64,000 bases of DNA from Candidatus Moraniibacteriota bacterium (GTDB taxonomy: Bacteria; Patescibacteriota; Minisyncoccia; Moranbacterales; UBA2206), in contig DMWY01000001.1 of assembly GCA_003483065.1 (NCBI GenBank), positions 8,606 through 72,605 of the forward strand, in the 5' to 3' direction. A model generated the notes under the pieces. The model worked only from the letters and a program-made list of their open reading frames with translations. It was not told the DNA's origin and searched no databases. A program made the position numbers and the translations under genes. Positions 31,413 to 39,737 of the stretch are shown in pieces. The stretch's first letter is position 1. Every line of letters begins with the position of its first letter.

Positions 31413-33038
31413 ATGAATTTTTTGAAAAAAATTGGCAGAAAAGAAAAAATAATAGTCGTTATTAGTTTTCTTGTTTTTTTGGTTATTGGAATATTTTTGC
31501 GAACATACCATTTCTCTGATTGGCTTAGATTTAATATGGATCAGTCGCGTGATGCAGAATTGATAGAAAACTTGAGTGAAAACAATGATTTGCCAAAATT
31601 AGGCCCGGGAGCGGGCGGAACAGAATTTCAATTGGGCCCGGCATTTTATTATTTTCAATTAATTTCAGCAAAAATATTTGGCGTGGAGCCGGAAAAATTA
31701 GCTTATCCGGACTTGTTTTTTTCAATTTTGTCGATCGGCCTGTTCTTTCTTTTGGTAAAAATTTATTTTGAAATTCCCATCGCATTGACTTTGACTTGGC
31801 TGTATTCAATTTCATATTTTGTGGTTAAATTTTCTCGTTTTGCTTGGAATCCAAACTCTACGCCATTTTTTGTGATGTTTTTTATCTATGCGCTTTATAA
31901 TTTGGCAATTTCACAAAAAAGGAAAATTGTTTGGGCAATTTTGACAGGAGTGTCTTTGGGAATTTGCATTCAATTACACACCTCGCTTTTGATAATTCTG
32001 CCGATACTTTCTTTTTTTGTAGCTATTATTTTTATCAGGAAAAAAATAGTTTCGACAACTATAATAGTAATTGTTATCGCAACTACTATTTTTGCTAATG
32101 TTCCACAAATTGTCACGGAAATTAGAAGTGGCGGATTTAATTCCAAACAATTTATATTGGGGATTACTAATAAAAATGAGCGAAATAATAGCTGGGCGAA
32201 TAATCTTGCCTTGAATTTTTCTTGTCATATCAAAACCAATAATCACATCCTTACTTCCATGGGAAATGAAAATGAGTGCGGGTATGAAAATGATTGGAAA
32301 ACATTCAAGAAGTTGGATGGCAAAAGAATGACTATTGGAGAAAAAATATTTTTTGTTGCATCAATTTTGCTATCATTGATATTTTCATTGGGAGGATATT
32401 TTCTTCTATTTAAAAAAACTATAAAAGAAAGCGATAAGAATAAAAAACTTTTCTTGGGTTTTATAGTGGGTTATATATTTTTGTCTTTTGTTTTCTACAT
32501 AACTTGGGCTACTGAATTGGCAGTGCGTTTTTTCCTGCCATTGTCATTTGTTCCGTTTATAATCCTAGGTTTTTGGTTGAATTTTTTTGAGAAAAAATTC
32601 AAAAAAGGCCTATGGATTGTGGTAATAATCATTGCTAGCATTTCGTTTTTTAATTTGCAAAAAATATCACATACGTACAGGGATTTGCAATATGGCGGGA
32701 AGGAGATTAATGGCGATTTTGATTATCTGACTTTAGGAGAGGGAAAATATGTGGTTGATTTTGTCAAAAACAATACTGATAAAAAAACAAACGTTATCGA
32801 TGCGCAAGCTGGTTATCTTTTTAAATCAATTCGCTCACTTCAATTTTTGGCGGGGAAAGAAAATATCGAAATAATTCAACTGAAAAAAGAGATTGAATTA
32901 AATTCTGGAGACAGACTGTTTTATTTGAAAAATGCTGAGAATAAATGCGAACTCTCTCAAGAGATAGCAAAAAAATATGACATTGAAAAATGTTCAATTT
33001 TTCGCCAATTTTCAATTTTTGTATTAAAAGTTAAATAA
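31413..33038 (+). CDS. GT-C glycosyltransferase, paralogue 3
   Basis: DQSRD, LGPGAGG, FSRFAWNPNS, QLH. Confidence 0.82.
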   Translation: MNFLKKIGRKEKIIVVISFLVFLVIGIFLRTYHFSDWLRFNMDQSRDAELIENLSENNDLPKLGPGAGGTEFQLGPAFYYFQLISAKIFGVEPEKLAYPDLFFSILSIGLFFLLVKIYFEIPIALTLTWLYSISYFVVKFSRFAWNPNSTPFFVMFFIYALYNLAISQKRKIVWAILTGVSLGICIQLHTSLLIILPILSFFVAIIFIRKKIVSTTIIVIVIATTIFANVPQIVTEIRSGGFNSKQFILGITNKNERNNSWANNLALNFSCHIKTNNHILTSMGNENECGYENDWKTFKKLDGKRMTIGEKIFFVASILLSLIFSLGGYFLLFKKTIKESDKNKKLFLGFIVGYIFLSFVFYITWATELAVRFFLPLSFVPFIILGFWLNFFEKKFKKGLWIVVIIIASISFFNLQKISHTYRDLQYGGKEINGDFDYLTLGEGKYVVDFVKNNTDKKTNVIDAQAGYLFKSIRSLQFLAGKENIEIIQLKKEIELNSGDRLFYLKNAENKCELSQEIAKKYDIEKCSIFRQFSIFVLKVK

Positions 33039-33042
33039 TTTG

Positions 33043-34647
33043 TCAATTTCGTTCCAAGTAAATAAAAAATCTTCCATACGAATCATATGTAATTGGTGGT
33101 AGCGGTTCATTTAGTACTTTATTTTTTTTCTTTGAGCTAGTTAAATAAAATATCTGATCTGAAGATGAATTTTTTGTAAGACCAGTATCGTCTTTATTAA
33201 TGGAGATTAAGTTTATATCAGATTTGGCCACGAAAAATTTGATTGAGTTTGATGATTTTCTGAGATATTGTTTCTTTCCTTCGATATAAGCCACACCTCC
33301 TTTATTTGAATTGTTAATAATAAATTGAGAAATTACCTCTATTTCTTTTAGCGTAACATTTTCTATGGTGGCGATATCTTGACGAAGACCACCATTTTCA
33401 ATTTTTTTAAAATCAGCGAAATAATTCAAGGTGAAAAAAATATTGGTTGCGATAAGTATGAATATTGATAAGAATGGGATATAAGCATAGTTGCCAAGCA
33501 ATCTATCTGTTAAAAATTTTATCCATAAGCCAAGTAAAATAAAAGGCAAAAAAATCAGAGGGAGAAAGAATCTCATTGAAATTTCATATGCCAGAGGCAC
33601 AAAAAGTAAATAAGCAATTCCTGAATACAGAAAGATTAGTATCAAGAAAGATTTTCTGTTCCAGTCCTGCTCTTGCAAAAAATATTTAATTCCAATCACT
33701 AAACCACCCACAGCAAAGACTAATCCAGACAAAAAAATTATCCAATCAGTTTTTTTGCTGGTTAGTTTGATGGTACATCCATCGGATATCGCATAGCCTG
33801 AAAGAGTGACAACACTGCTTTGTACCCAACAGCTTGAATCTTGTAGGACATTTCTCATCAATTTGTTTTTTGAATCTTTTCTGGCATTTACACCAGAAAA
33901 GAATTCGGCGATATTTTTGCCACCTGTTTGATATTCATTAATAAATTGAGGAATGTTTAGAAATAATGATATTGTTAAAATTATAAAAAAATATTTAAAT
34001 AGGTTTATTTTTTTAATAAATAAAAATCCAAAGACAATTATCGTAGTTATCGGAAGAAGCAATAGCGATGTTGTGTGTAATTGAACTCCGACGCCAATGG
34101 CTATACCGGTGATTATCGCCCAAAATGCTCTGTTGGTATTTTTTTGAGAAATAATATTGTGGATTCCATAAAGACTTAGAATTGTCCAAAATGGCGTAGA
34201 GTTGGGATTCCAAGCGAAACGGGCATATTGAATAGCATAAAAAGACATAGTCAATAAGGTAGCCATTGATAATGATATCTTGATATTAAAATATTTGCGA
34301 AGAAAAAAGAAAAGAAGTGGTATGCACAATATTGATGAAACTAAATCCGGATAAGCCATTTTATCAGGAAAGTTTCCGAATATCTTAGCGGAAATTATTT
34401 GAAAATAATAAGGCATTGGTCCAAGTTTGAAAAAAGTGCCACCCGCTTTAGATCCCAATAACGGAAGCGGGCTTGTTCCATCAACTACACTACCGATCAA
34501 AATGGCATCACGACCCTGATCCATATTAAAGCGAAGCCAATCATGAAATTTATAGGTGCGAAAAAAAATACCTACTATTAATATAAGGCCAAAAATCGCA
34601 TAAATAAATCGCTTAGAATTTAAAATTGTTTTTATTTGTTGGAACAT
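33043..34647 (-). CDS. GT-C glycosyltransferase, paralogue 4 (inverted)
   Basis: DQGRD, LGSKAGG, YARFAWNPNS, QLH. Confidence 0.82.
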   Translation of the reverse strand: MFQQIKTILNSKRFIYAIFGLILIVGIFFRTYKFHDWLRFNMDQGRDAILIGSVVDGTSPLPLLGSKAGGTFFKLGPMPYYFQIISAKIFGNFPDKMAYPDLVSSILCIPLLFFFLRKYFNIKISLSMATLLTMSFYAIQYARFAWNPNSTPFWTILSLYGIHNIISQKNTNRAFWAIITGIAIGVGVQLHTTSLLLLPITTIIVFGFLFIKKINLFKYFFIILTISLFLNIPQFINEYQTGGKNIAEFFSGVNARKDSKNKLMRNVLQDSSCWVQSSVVTLSGYAISDGCTIKLTSKKTDWIIFLSGLVFAVGGLVIGIKYFLQEQDWNRKSFLILIFLYSGIAYLLFVPLAYEISMRFFLPLIFLPFILLGLWIKFLTDRLLGNYAYIPFLSIFILIATNIFFTLNYFADFKKIENGGLRQDIATIENVTLKEIEVISQFIINNSNKGGVAYIEGKKQYLRKSSNSIKFFVAKSDINLISINKDDTGLTKNSSSDQIFYLTSSKKKNKVLNEPLPPITYDSYGRFFIYLERN

Positions 34648-34660
34648 TATTTTGCATTAA

Positions 34661-36139
34661 TTATTTTTTCTTGCGGACGATATTTTTGAAATAAAGTATA
34701 TCGTCTTTTTTTATTTCTCCGAAGATATAAAGAATAAAAAGATAAAAACCAAAAAGAATTGCTGACCAAAAAAGGAAAGCGATTTCTCCCTGAGAGAAAA
34801 AGAGTGATGCGCCATACATCAGGATTCCAGCCAAAAGTGTTCTTATTAGACTCTTTAGTTTTATCAAAACTCCAAAATCGCGCCAGAGATAATAGAGCAT
34901 CCAGAGCATTATTATCAGGGATGTGATGGTGGTGGCAATGGCTGAACCGACAATACCATATTTTCCAATTAGAATATAATTTAAAATTGCATTGATAACA
35001 AAACCCAGAATGGAAATGAGCATGGTAATTTTGGTTTTGCCAGCGCCATTCATCGCAAAACTCATCACATAGAAGATTGTGAGAAATCCGACTCCATACT
35101 CCAAAATCGACATAGCTTGCGCTCCAGAGGCATATTTTGCCCCGTAGAAGTCCAAAAGAATGGGCTTGGCGAAAACGGACATCAAAATGATCATTGGCAC
35201 TAAAAGAATAAGCATAATGCGCAGTGAATCTCCCAAAATCTTGGCGGTTTTTTCGTGATTATTTTGTGAAGTTGATTTTGACACCATAGGCAAAAGAAAA
35301 ACTGTCATAGCATAAAAAACATAGTAGGGGATTCGACCGACCGTGAGGGCTGCGTTATAAATTCCAGTTAATTTGTCATCATGCAAAATGGCTTTTACCA
35401 AATAGAGATCAATGCTGATTAAAAGTTCATAAGCCAAAAAGAAAATGACAATTTGCCAGGCGTAATTTAGTAATTTTTTCCAAGGAAAAAAAATTTCAAC
35501 CTTATTTTCCTTTTGCGCTTGTTTTTCAAGTTGCGGAGAGATGTAAAATTTATCTATTAAAAAAGCTACCAAAAAAACTGATCCAGGAGCGACGATATAT
35601 CCAACTATCGAACCTTCTACTTTCCAAAAATAGGCCAGCGAAATCACAAAAGCAATTCGGAAAATTGAACGTAGTGTTTTGAGGGTAGCTTGAAGATTGA
35701 ATTTGTGTAGTCCGGTATAGAAGGAAAAATAAAAGGATGCGGCTGCGAAAGCTGGGATTATGAGGGTGGAAATGCGAAAAAGGGGAATGAGGGTTGGGTC
35801 GCCCAGTAGTCGGCAAATAAGCGGAATGGAAAAAAAGAAAATTATTGTAATACCCGCAATTATTATTGTTTGCAATATTATCGCTTGGTGTTTTATTTTT
35901 TGCACCATTCGAGAATTATTTTCAAAATATTCGCTAATATATTTGCTCATTGCCGTTGGAATGCCATTGCCGATGAGAATTATGACCATTGTGGTGAGTG
36001 TGATGACAAGCCCATATCGTCCATAATCTGCGGGGCCCAAAAATCTTCCCAAAACACTGTGAATAATGAAACCGGAAAGATTGAAAAAAATTTCCGAGAT
36101 TGTCACCCAGACGGCCGATTTAGCTAGATTGCTTTTCAT
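34661..36139 (-). CDS. Wzx/MATE-like oligosaccharide flippase
   Basis: RFLGPADYG, G.PTA.SKYI, GIYNAA, LN..LI.KYGIVGSA; about 14 TMs. Confidence 0.88.
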   Translation of the reverse strand: MKSNLAKSAVWVTISEIFFNLSGFIIHSVLGRFLGPADYGRYGLVITLTTMVIILIGNGIPTAMSKYISEYFENNSRMVQKIKHQAIILQTIIIAGITIIFFFSIPLICRLLGDPTLIPLFRISTLIIPAFAAASFYFSFYTGLHKFNLQATLKTLRSIFRIAFVISLAYFWKVEGSIVGYIVAPGSVFLVAFLIDKFYISPQLEKQAQKENKVEIFFPWKKLLNYAWQIVIFFLAYELLISIDLYLVKAILHDDKLTGIYNAALTVGRIPYYVFYAMTVFLLPMVSKSTSQNNHEKTAKILGDSLRIMLILLVPMIILMSVFAKPILLDFYGAKYASGAQAMSILEYGVGFLTIFYVMSFAMNGAGKTKITMLISILGFVINAILNYILIGKYGIVGSAIATTITSLIIMLWMLYYLWRDFGVLIKLKSLIRTLLAGILMYGASLFFSQGEIAFLFWSAILFGFYLFILYIFGEIKKDDILYFKNIVRKKK

Positions 36140-36705
36140 AAAAAGGATTTTATTTTTTTATAAATTTCTTCTTGATTTTGATTGCCATCAATCAGTTTCA
36201 TGTTCCACGTGAGATATTTTTCGTCATATAATTCTTTTTTCTTTTGGAGATAATCAATTCCTTGATCAGGTTTTCTTTCTCGAGACATAATAATTTTTGG
36301 ATTAGCTTGAAGATAGATGGCTATGTCAGGAGATTTGATGAATTTTTCACAAGGAATGTTTTTTTGTGAATTACTTAGAAAATAAATATTAATTACACTG
36401 TCATAAAAATACCGATCAGAGAGAATATAATCATATTTTTCTTTTTCTAATTTTCTATATAATTTTTTGAAACGCCAAATATCAATCATCAGAAATATTC
36501 TTCGCAGGATAATTTGAAGGAAAGTGGCTTTCGTTACGCTCTTACTAGAGCCAATTTTTTTTCTTGCAAATTTATTAGCCAAAGAAAAAGCTATTGCATG
36601 AAAATAAAAAACCCGCTTATTTTGCGATTTCAAATATTCTTTTAGCAATTCTGCTTGAGTTGATTTTCCTGAGCCATCGAGGCCGGAAATTGTGATTAAT
36701 TTCAT
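36136..36705 (-). CDS. thymidylate-kinase-like P-loop kinase
   Basis: ISGLDGSGKST, DRYFYDS, PD..IYL; no REPG motif. Confidence 0.75.
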   Translation of the reverse strand: MKLITISGLDGSGKSTQAELLKEYLKSQNKRVFYFHAIAFSLANKFARKKIGSSKSVTKATFLQIILRRIFLMIDIWRFKKLYRKLEKEKYDYILSDRYFYDSVINIYFLSNSQKNIPCEKFIKSPDIAIYLQANPKIIMSRERKPDQGIDYLQKKKELYDEKYLTWNMKLIDGNQNQEEIYKKIKSFL

Positions 36706-36734
36706 TTTATTTTTTACTAATTACGAATTGTATG

Positions 36735-38243
36735 TCAGTACATAATAACAGCTACGGGTTTCATTTTAGCAACAACATGAGCAATTTTATTAGCTTCAAT
36801 ACCTTCGATAACCTTATCAATATCTTTGTAACGAGAAGAATCTTGATTGATAACAATCGAAGATTTAGCATTATAAATTAGAATATTTTTTTCTTTCATT
36901 TTTGCGAAAAGTTCATCTTTATTAGAAATGGTTTTTTCATGAGAATTGGTGCCCTTACCTGTTCCATGAGGAGCTGAAAAAAAGCTGTCTTGATTTTCAT
37001 CTGTTCCAACGCAAATATAGGCATCAGTTGCCATTGAAGATGGAATGAAAACAGGCTCGCCAGTTTCTTTGTAGATTGAATGATTTTGCATTTTGCTAGG
37101 GCCATATGCTCTGGAAGTATTGCTTCTATGAACAAAGACATCACGCCCAAAATGCTCTTCTTTGGAAATTGAAATATGGGGCATGTCATAAAGCAAATCC
37201 ATTTCCGGATCACGTCCGAGAACTTTTTTTATCGTTTTGGAGATATTATGAGTGATGACTGCTCTGTTGGCTGTGCCGAAATTAGAAGCGGCCGCTCGAG
37301 CGTTCATATAAAGTTTTCCATCCGCTTCTTTTCCAGCGTAGCGAAGCAGGGAATTATTTTCTGATAAATGATTTTTTATCATCTCTTGCATTTTTTTGTA
37401 AGTCTCTTTTTTTCTAGAACGAAAAGTCATTTTTCCAAGTTCTACCATAAGAGCTTGTGAAAGATGCTCGCGTTTTTTTGCAGTATGAGTATACATTGTA
37501 TATTGACCCAAAATTCCTGAGCCTGTGTGAATCATAAAAAGATATTGTCCTTTTTCTATTCCCATTTTTTTGGCAATTTTTTCGTCAACAATCTCATCTA
37601 CTTTCATAAGATCCAGAAAATGATTACCCGCTGCACCCAAAATCCCTAGTCGATATTTAGCAAAGAATAAATATAGTTTTGGTATCACATCAAAGATATC
37701 TTGTTTCTCCATGGTTTTTGGAAAAAAATTTCCATCACCTTGAGTGTTTTCAAGCTCGTTTTTTGTTTTGATTCCGAGGTGTCTGATTATAGCAGATGTT
37801 CCTTCTCGACAAATATCAACTATAACATCAAAGGGGACTTTGGTTCCGACAAATTTTTTAGTTGGAACGGTAACTACTAATTCCTTGAAAATATTGTCAA
37901 TATCATTGCTAGTCAAATTATCTTCAGTTAAATTAGTTTTAATTAGACGCATTCCACAGTTTGGGTCTGAGTCATTGACTTGAGGCAGGATATAATTTTC
38001 GCTGACTATAGTTGTTCCGGAAGCATTTTTTCTGCCTGGTTTTGAACAAACATCCGGCATAGCGACTAAATTACGAAAAAGTGTATCTTGATTAGAAGCA
38101 ATATCTTCTAATTTTTCAAAAGAATCATCCTTAGGCATCAATTCTTCGCTCATAAAAAAAACGGCTGGAACAGACATTTTTGCTGTTTGAAATTTTTGTT
38201 TGTGCTCAGAAAGGTTGTTAATTTTATAATTATTATTGTCCAT
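36735..38243 (-). CDS. divergent RtcB-family ligase (start adjusted to ATG 38243, 502 aa)
   Basis: MPD, D.NCGMR, LG..GNHF, HTGS, PH, HR, IP.SM, S.PHG.G, YKDI; the adjusted start is 4 nt after the upstream stop. Confidence 0.85.
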   Translation of the reverse strand: MDNNNYKINNLSEHKQKFQTAKMSVPAVFFMSEELMPKDDSFEKLEDIASNQDTLFRNLVAMPDVCSKPGRKNASGTTIVSENYILPQVNDSDPNCGMRLIKTNLTEDNLTSNDIDNIFKELVVTVPTKKFVGTKVPFDVIVDICREGTSAIIRHLGIKTKNELENTQGDGNFFPKTMEKQDIFDVIPKLYLFFAKYRLGILGAAGNHFLDLMKVDEIVDEKIAKKMGIEKGQYLFMIHTGSGILGQYTMYTHTAKKREHLSQALMVELGKMTFRSRKKETYKKMQEMIKNHLSENNSLLRYAGKEADGKLYMNARAAASNFGTANRAVITHNISKTIKKVLGRDPEMDLLYDMPHISISKEEHFGRDVFVHRSNTSRAYGPSKMQNHSIYKETGEPVFIPSSMATDAYICVGTDENQDSFFSAPHGTGKGTNSHEKTISNKDELFAKMKEKNILIYNAKSSIVINQDSSRYKDIDKVIEGIEANKIAHVVAKMKPVAVIMY

Positions 38244-38247
38244 AAAT

Positions 38248-39366
38248 TTAGATTTCTTTATAAATTTCTTGATAAATTTCGGCGATTTTTTTGATGTCGA
38301 AATTTTCCTCACAAAATTTTCGGGCATTTTTTCCAAGGAGGTTTCTTTTTTCCTTGTTTTGATATAAATCAGAAATCGCATCAGTTAATTGTTTTAGATT
38401 GTCTTTCTCAATTATAACAGAATTATTATTATTGCCCAATTCTTTTAGAATTTCCAGATTTGTTAGAATGACCGGTTTTTCGCAAGCCATCGTTTCAATA
38501 ACTGCTAGGGGAATATCAAATTTGCCGTGCATATTTTGCACTGGAAAAAGACTGATGTCGCAGAGATTATAAACTTCCCTCATGTCGTATTTTCCATCAT
38601 CAAAAAAAGAAACTTTTTCCAGGAGATTATTTTTTTTTATTTTTTCCATAACCTCTTCTTTTTTCTGCGCGTCTTTTTCGTTTTTAATTCTAACTGCCAG
38701 GGTGAGTTTAGCTTCGGGAATTTTTTTGGAAATTTCAATGAAACTATCAACAACTAAATCAATCGCGCCAAGGCGCACATATTCTCCAGAAAAATTTATC
38801 ACAAAATCATTCGGTGAAATATTTTTCTCTTTCATAAGCCCCAAGTTTTTTTCTTGAGGTTGATATTTTTCCAGATCAATTCCTGGGTAAACCCTTTTGA
38901 CATTTTGAAACCCAAGGGAATTTAATTTGCTCTTGGCATAATCGGAATAGGTGATGATAAGATCGGCAAACATCAAATTTTTTATGTCATCCGACGACCA
39001 TAAATCGTCGCGAAGAGAGGCGACAGTTTGAATAGTTTTAGTTTTAAAAGATTTGAAAAAATGCTTAATCAGGAAGGAGTTGAGTTTGGTTGGAGTGAAG
39101 AAATAATGATTGATATCAAACTGACCTTTAGTTTTGAATTGAAAAAAAAGAGCGCGAATTTTTTGAGAAAAGTTAAAATCGCGAATTTCTGAAGTTGAAT
39201 AAACCGAATGCTGGTGAACATTATCAGATAATTCAGGCAAAATTCCCTTGGTCATCAGATTAATTTCAAAACCCGCTAGGTTTTTTGCTAGGTAATATGC
39301 AAAATTTTTTGAACCTTCGTCCCACGGCGGGGCAATCGGCCTCGTTACTAGAAGTATCTTTTTCAT
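38248..39366 (-). CDS. glycosyltransferase family 4
   Basis: PPWDEG, YPGID, PLAVIETMACEKPVI. Confidence 0.88.
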   Translation of the reverse strand: MKKILLVTRPIAPPWDEGSKNFAYYLAKNLAGFEINLMTKGILPELSDNVHQHSVYSTSEIRDFNFSQKIRALFFQFKTKGQFDINHYFFTPTKLNSFLIKHFFKSFKTKTIQTVASLRDDLWSSDDIKNLMFADLIITYSDYAKSKLNSLGFQNVKRVYPGIDLEKYQPQEKNLGLMKEKNISPNDFVINFSGEYVRLGAIDLVVDSFIEISKKIPEAKLTLAVRIKNEKDAQKKEEVMEKIKKNNLLEKVSFFDDGKYDMREVYNLCDISLFPVQNMHGKFDIPLAVIETMACEKPVILTNLEILKELGNNNNSVIIEKDNLKQLTDAISDLYQNKEKRNLLGKNARKFCEENFDIKKIAEIYQEIYKEI

Positions 39367-39725
39367 AAATTTTTATAAATCTCTTTTTTCTCATCTCCTG
39401 AAATTACCTGAATGGTAATTTTTTTGTTTCTATAATTATCTTCAAAATTCACATTGGCAAAATAATTCTCTCCTTTTTTAACAGTCACATTAGCCTCGTT
39501 GATTTTATCATTACCAGACAAAACAATCCATTGGAAATTATCTTTATCGCTATGATTTTCAATTGTGAAATCTAAATCTTCCGATTTGGAATCAGAGAAA
39601 GACACTGACCACCAATTTTTTCCGACATTCGGATCAAGAATTTTTTCGCTCAGATAAAAAAGCCAAACAGAACTGGCGATGAATAAAATTATTAGAAAAA
39701 ATATAATCTTTTTTTGTTGAGACAT
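39363..39725 (-). CDS. small membrane-anchored protein with probable beta-rich extracellular domain
   Basis: N-terminal TM, FTIENH; 4-bp overlap with the next gene. Confidence 0.65.
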   Translation of the reverse strand: MSQQKKIIFFLIILFIASSVWLFYLSEKILDPNVGKNWWSVSFSDSKSEDLDFTIENHSDKDNFQWIVLSGNDKINEANVTVKKGENYFANVNFEDNYRNKKITIQVISGDEKKEIYKNL

Positions 39726-39737
39726 AAAATGTGAAAA

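Noticed and set aside
38244-38381. 46-aa N-terminal extension of RtcB in the ORF track
   Set aside because: It overlaps the upstream GT4 by 134 bp; ATG 38243 fits operon spacing.
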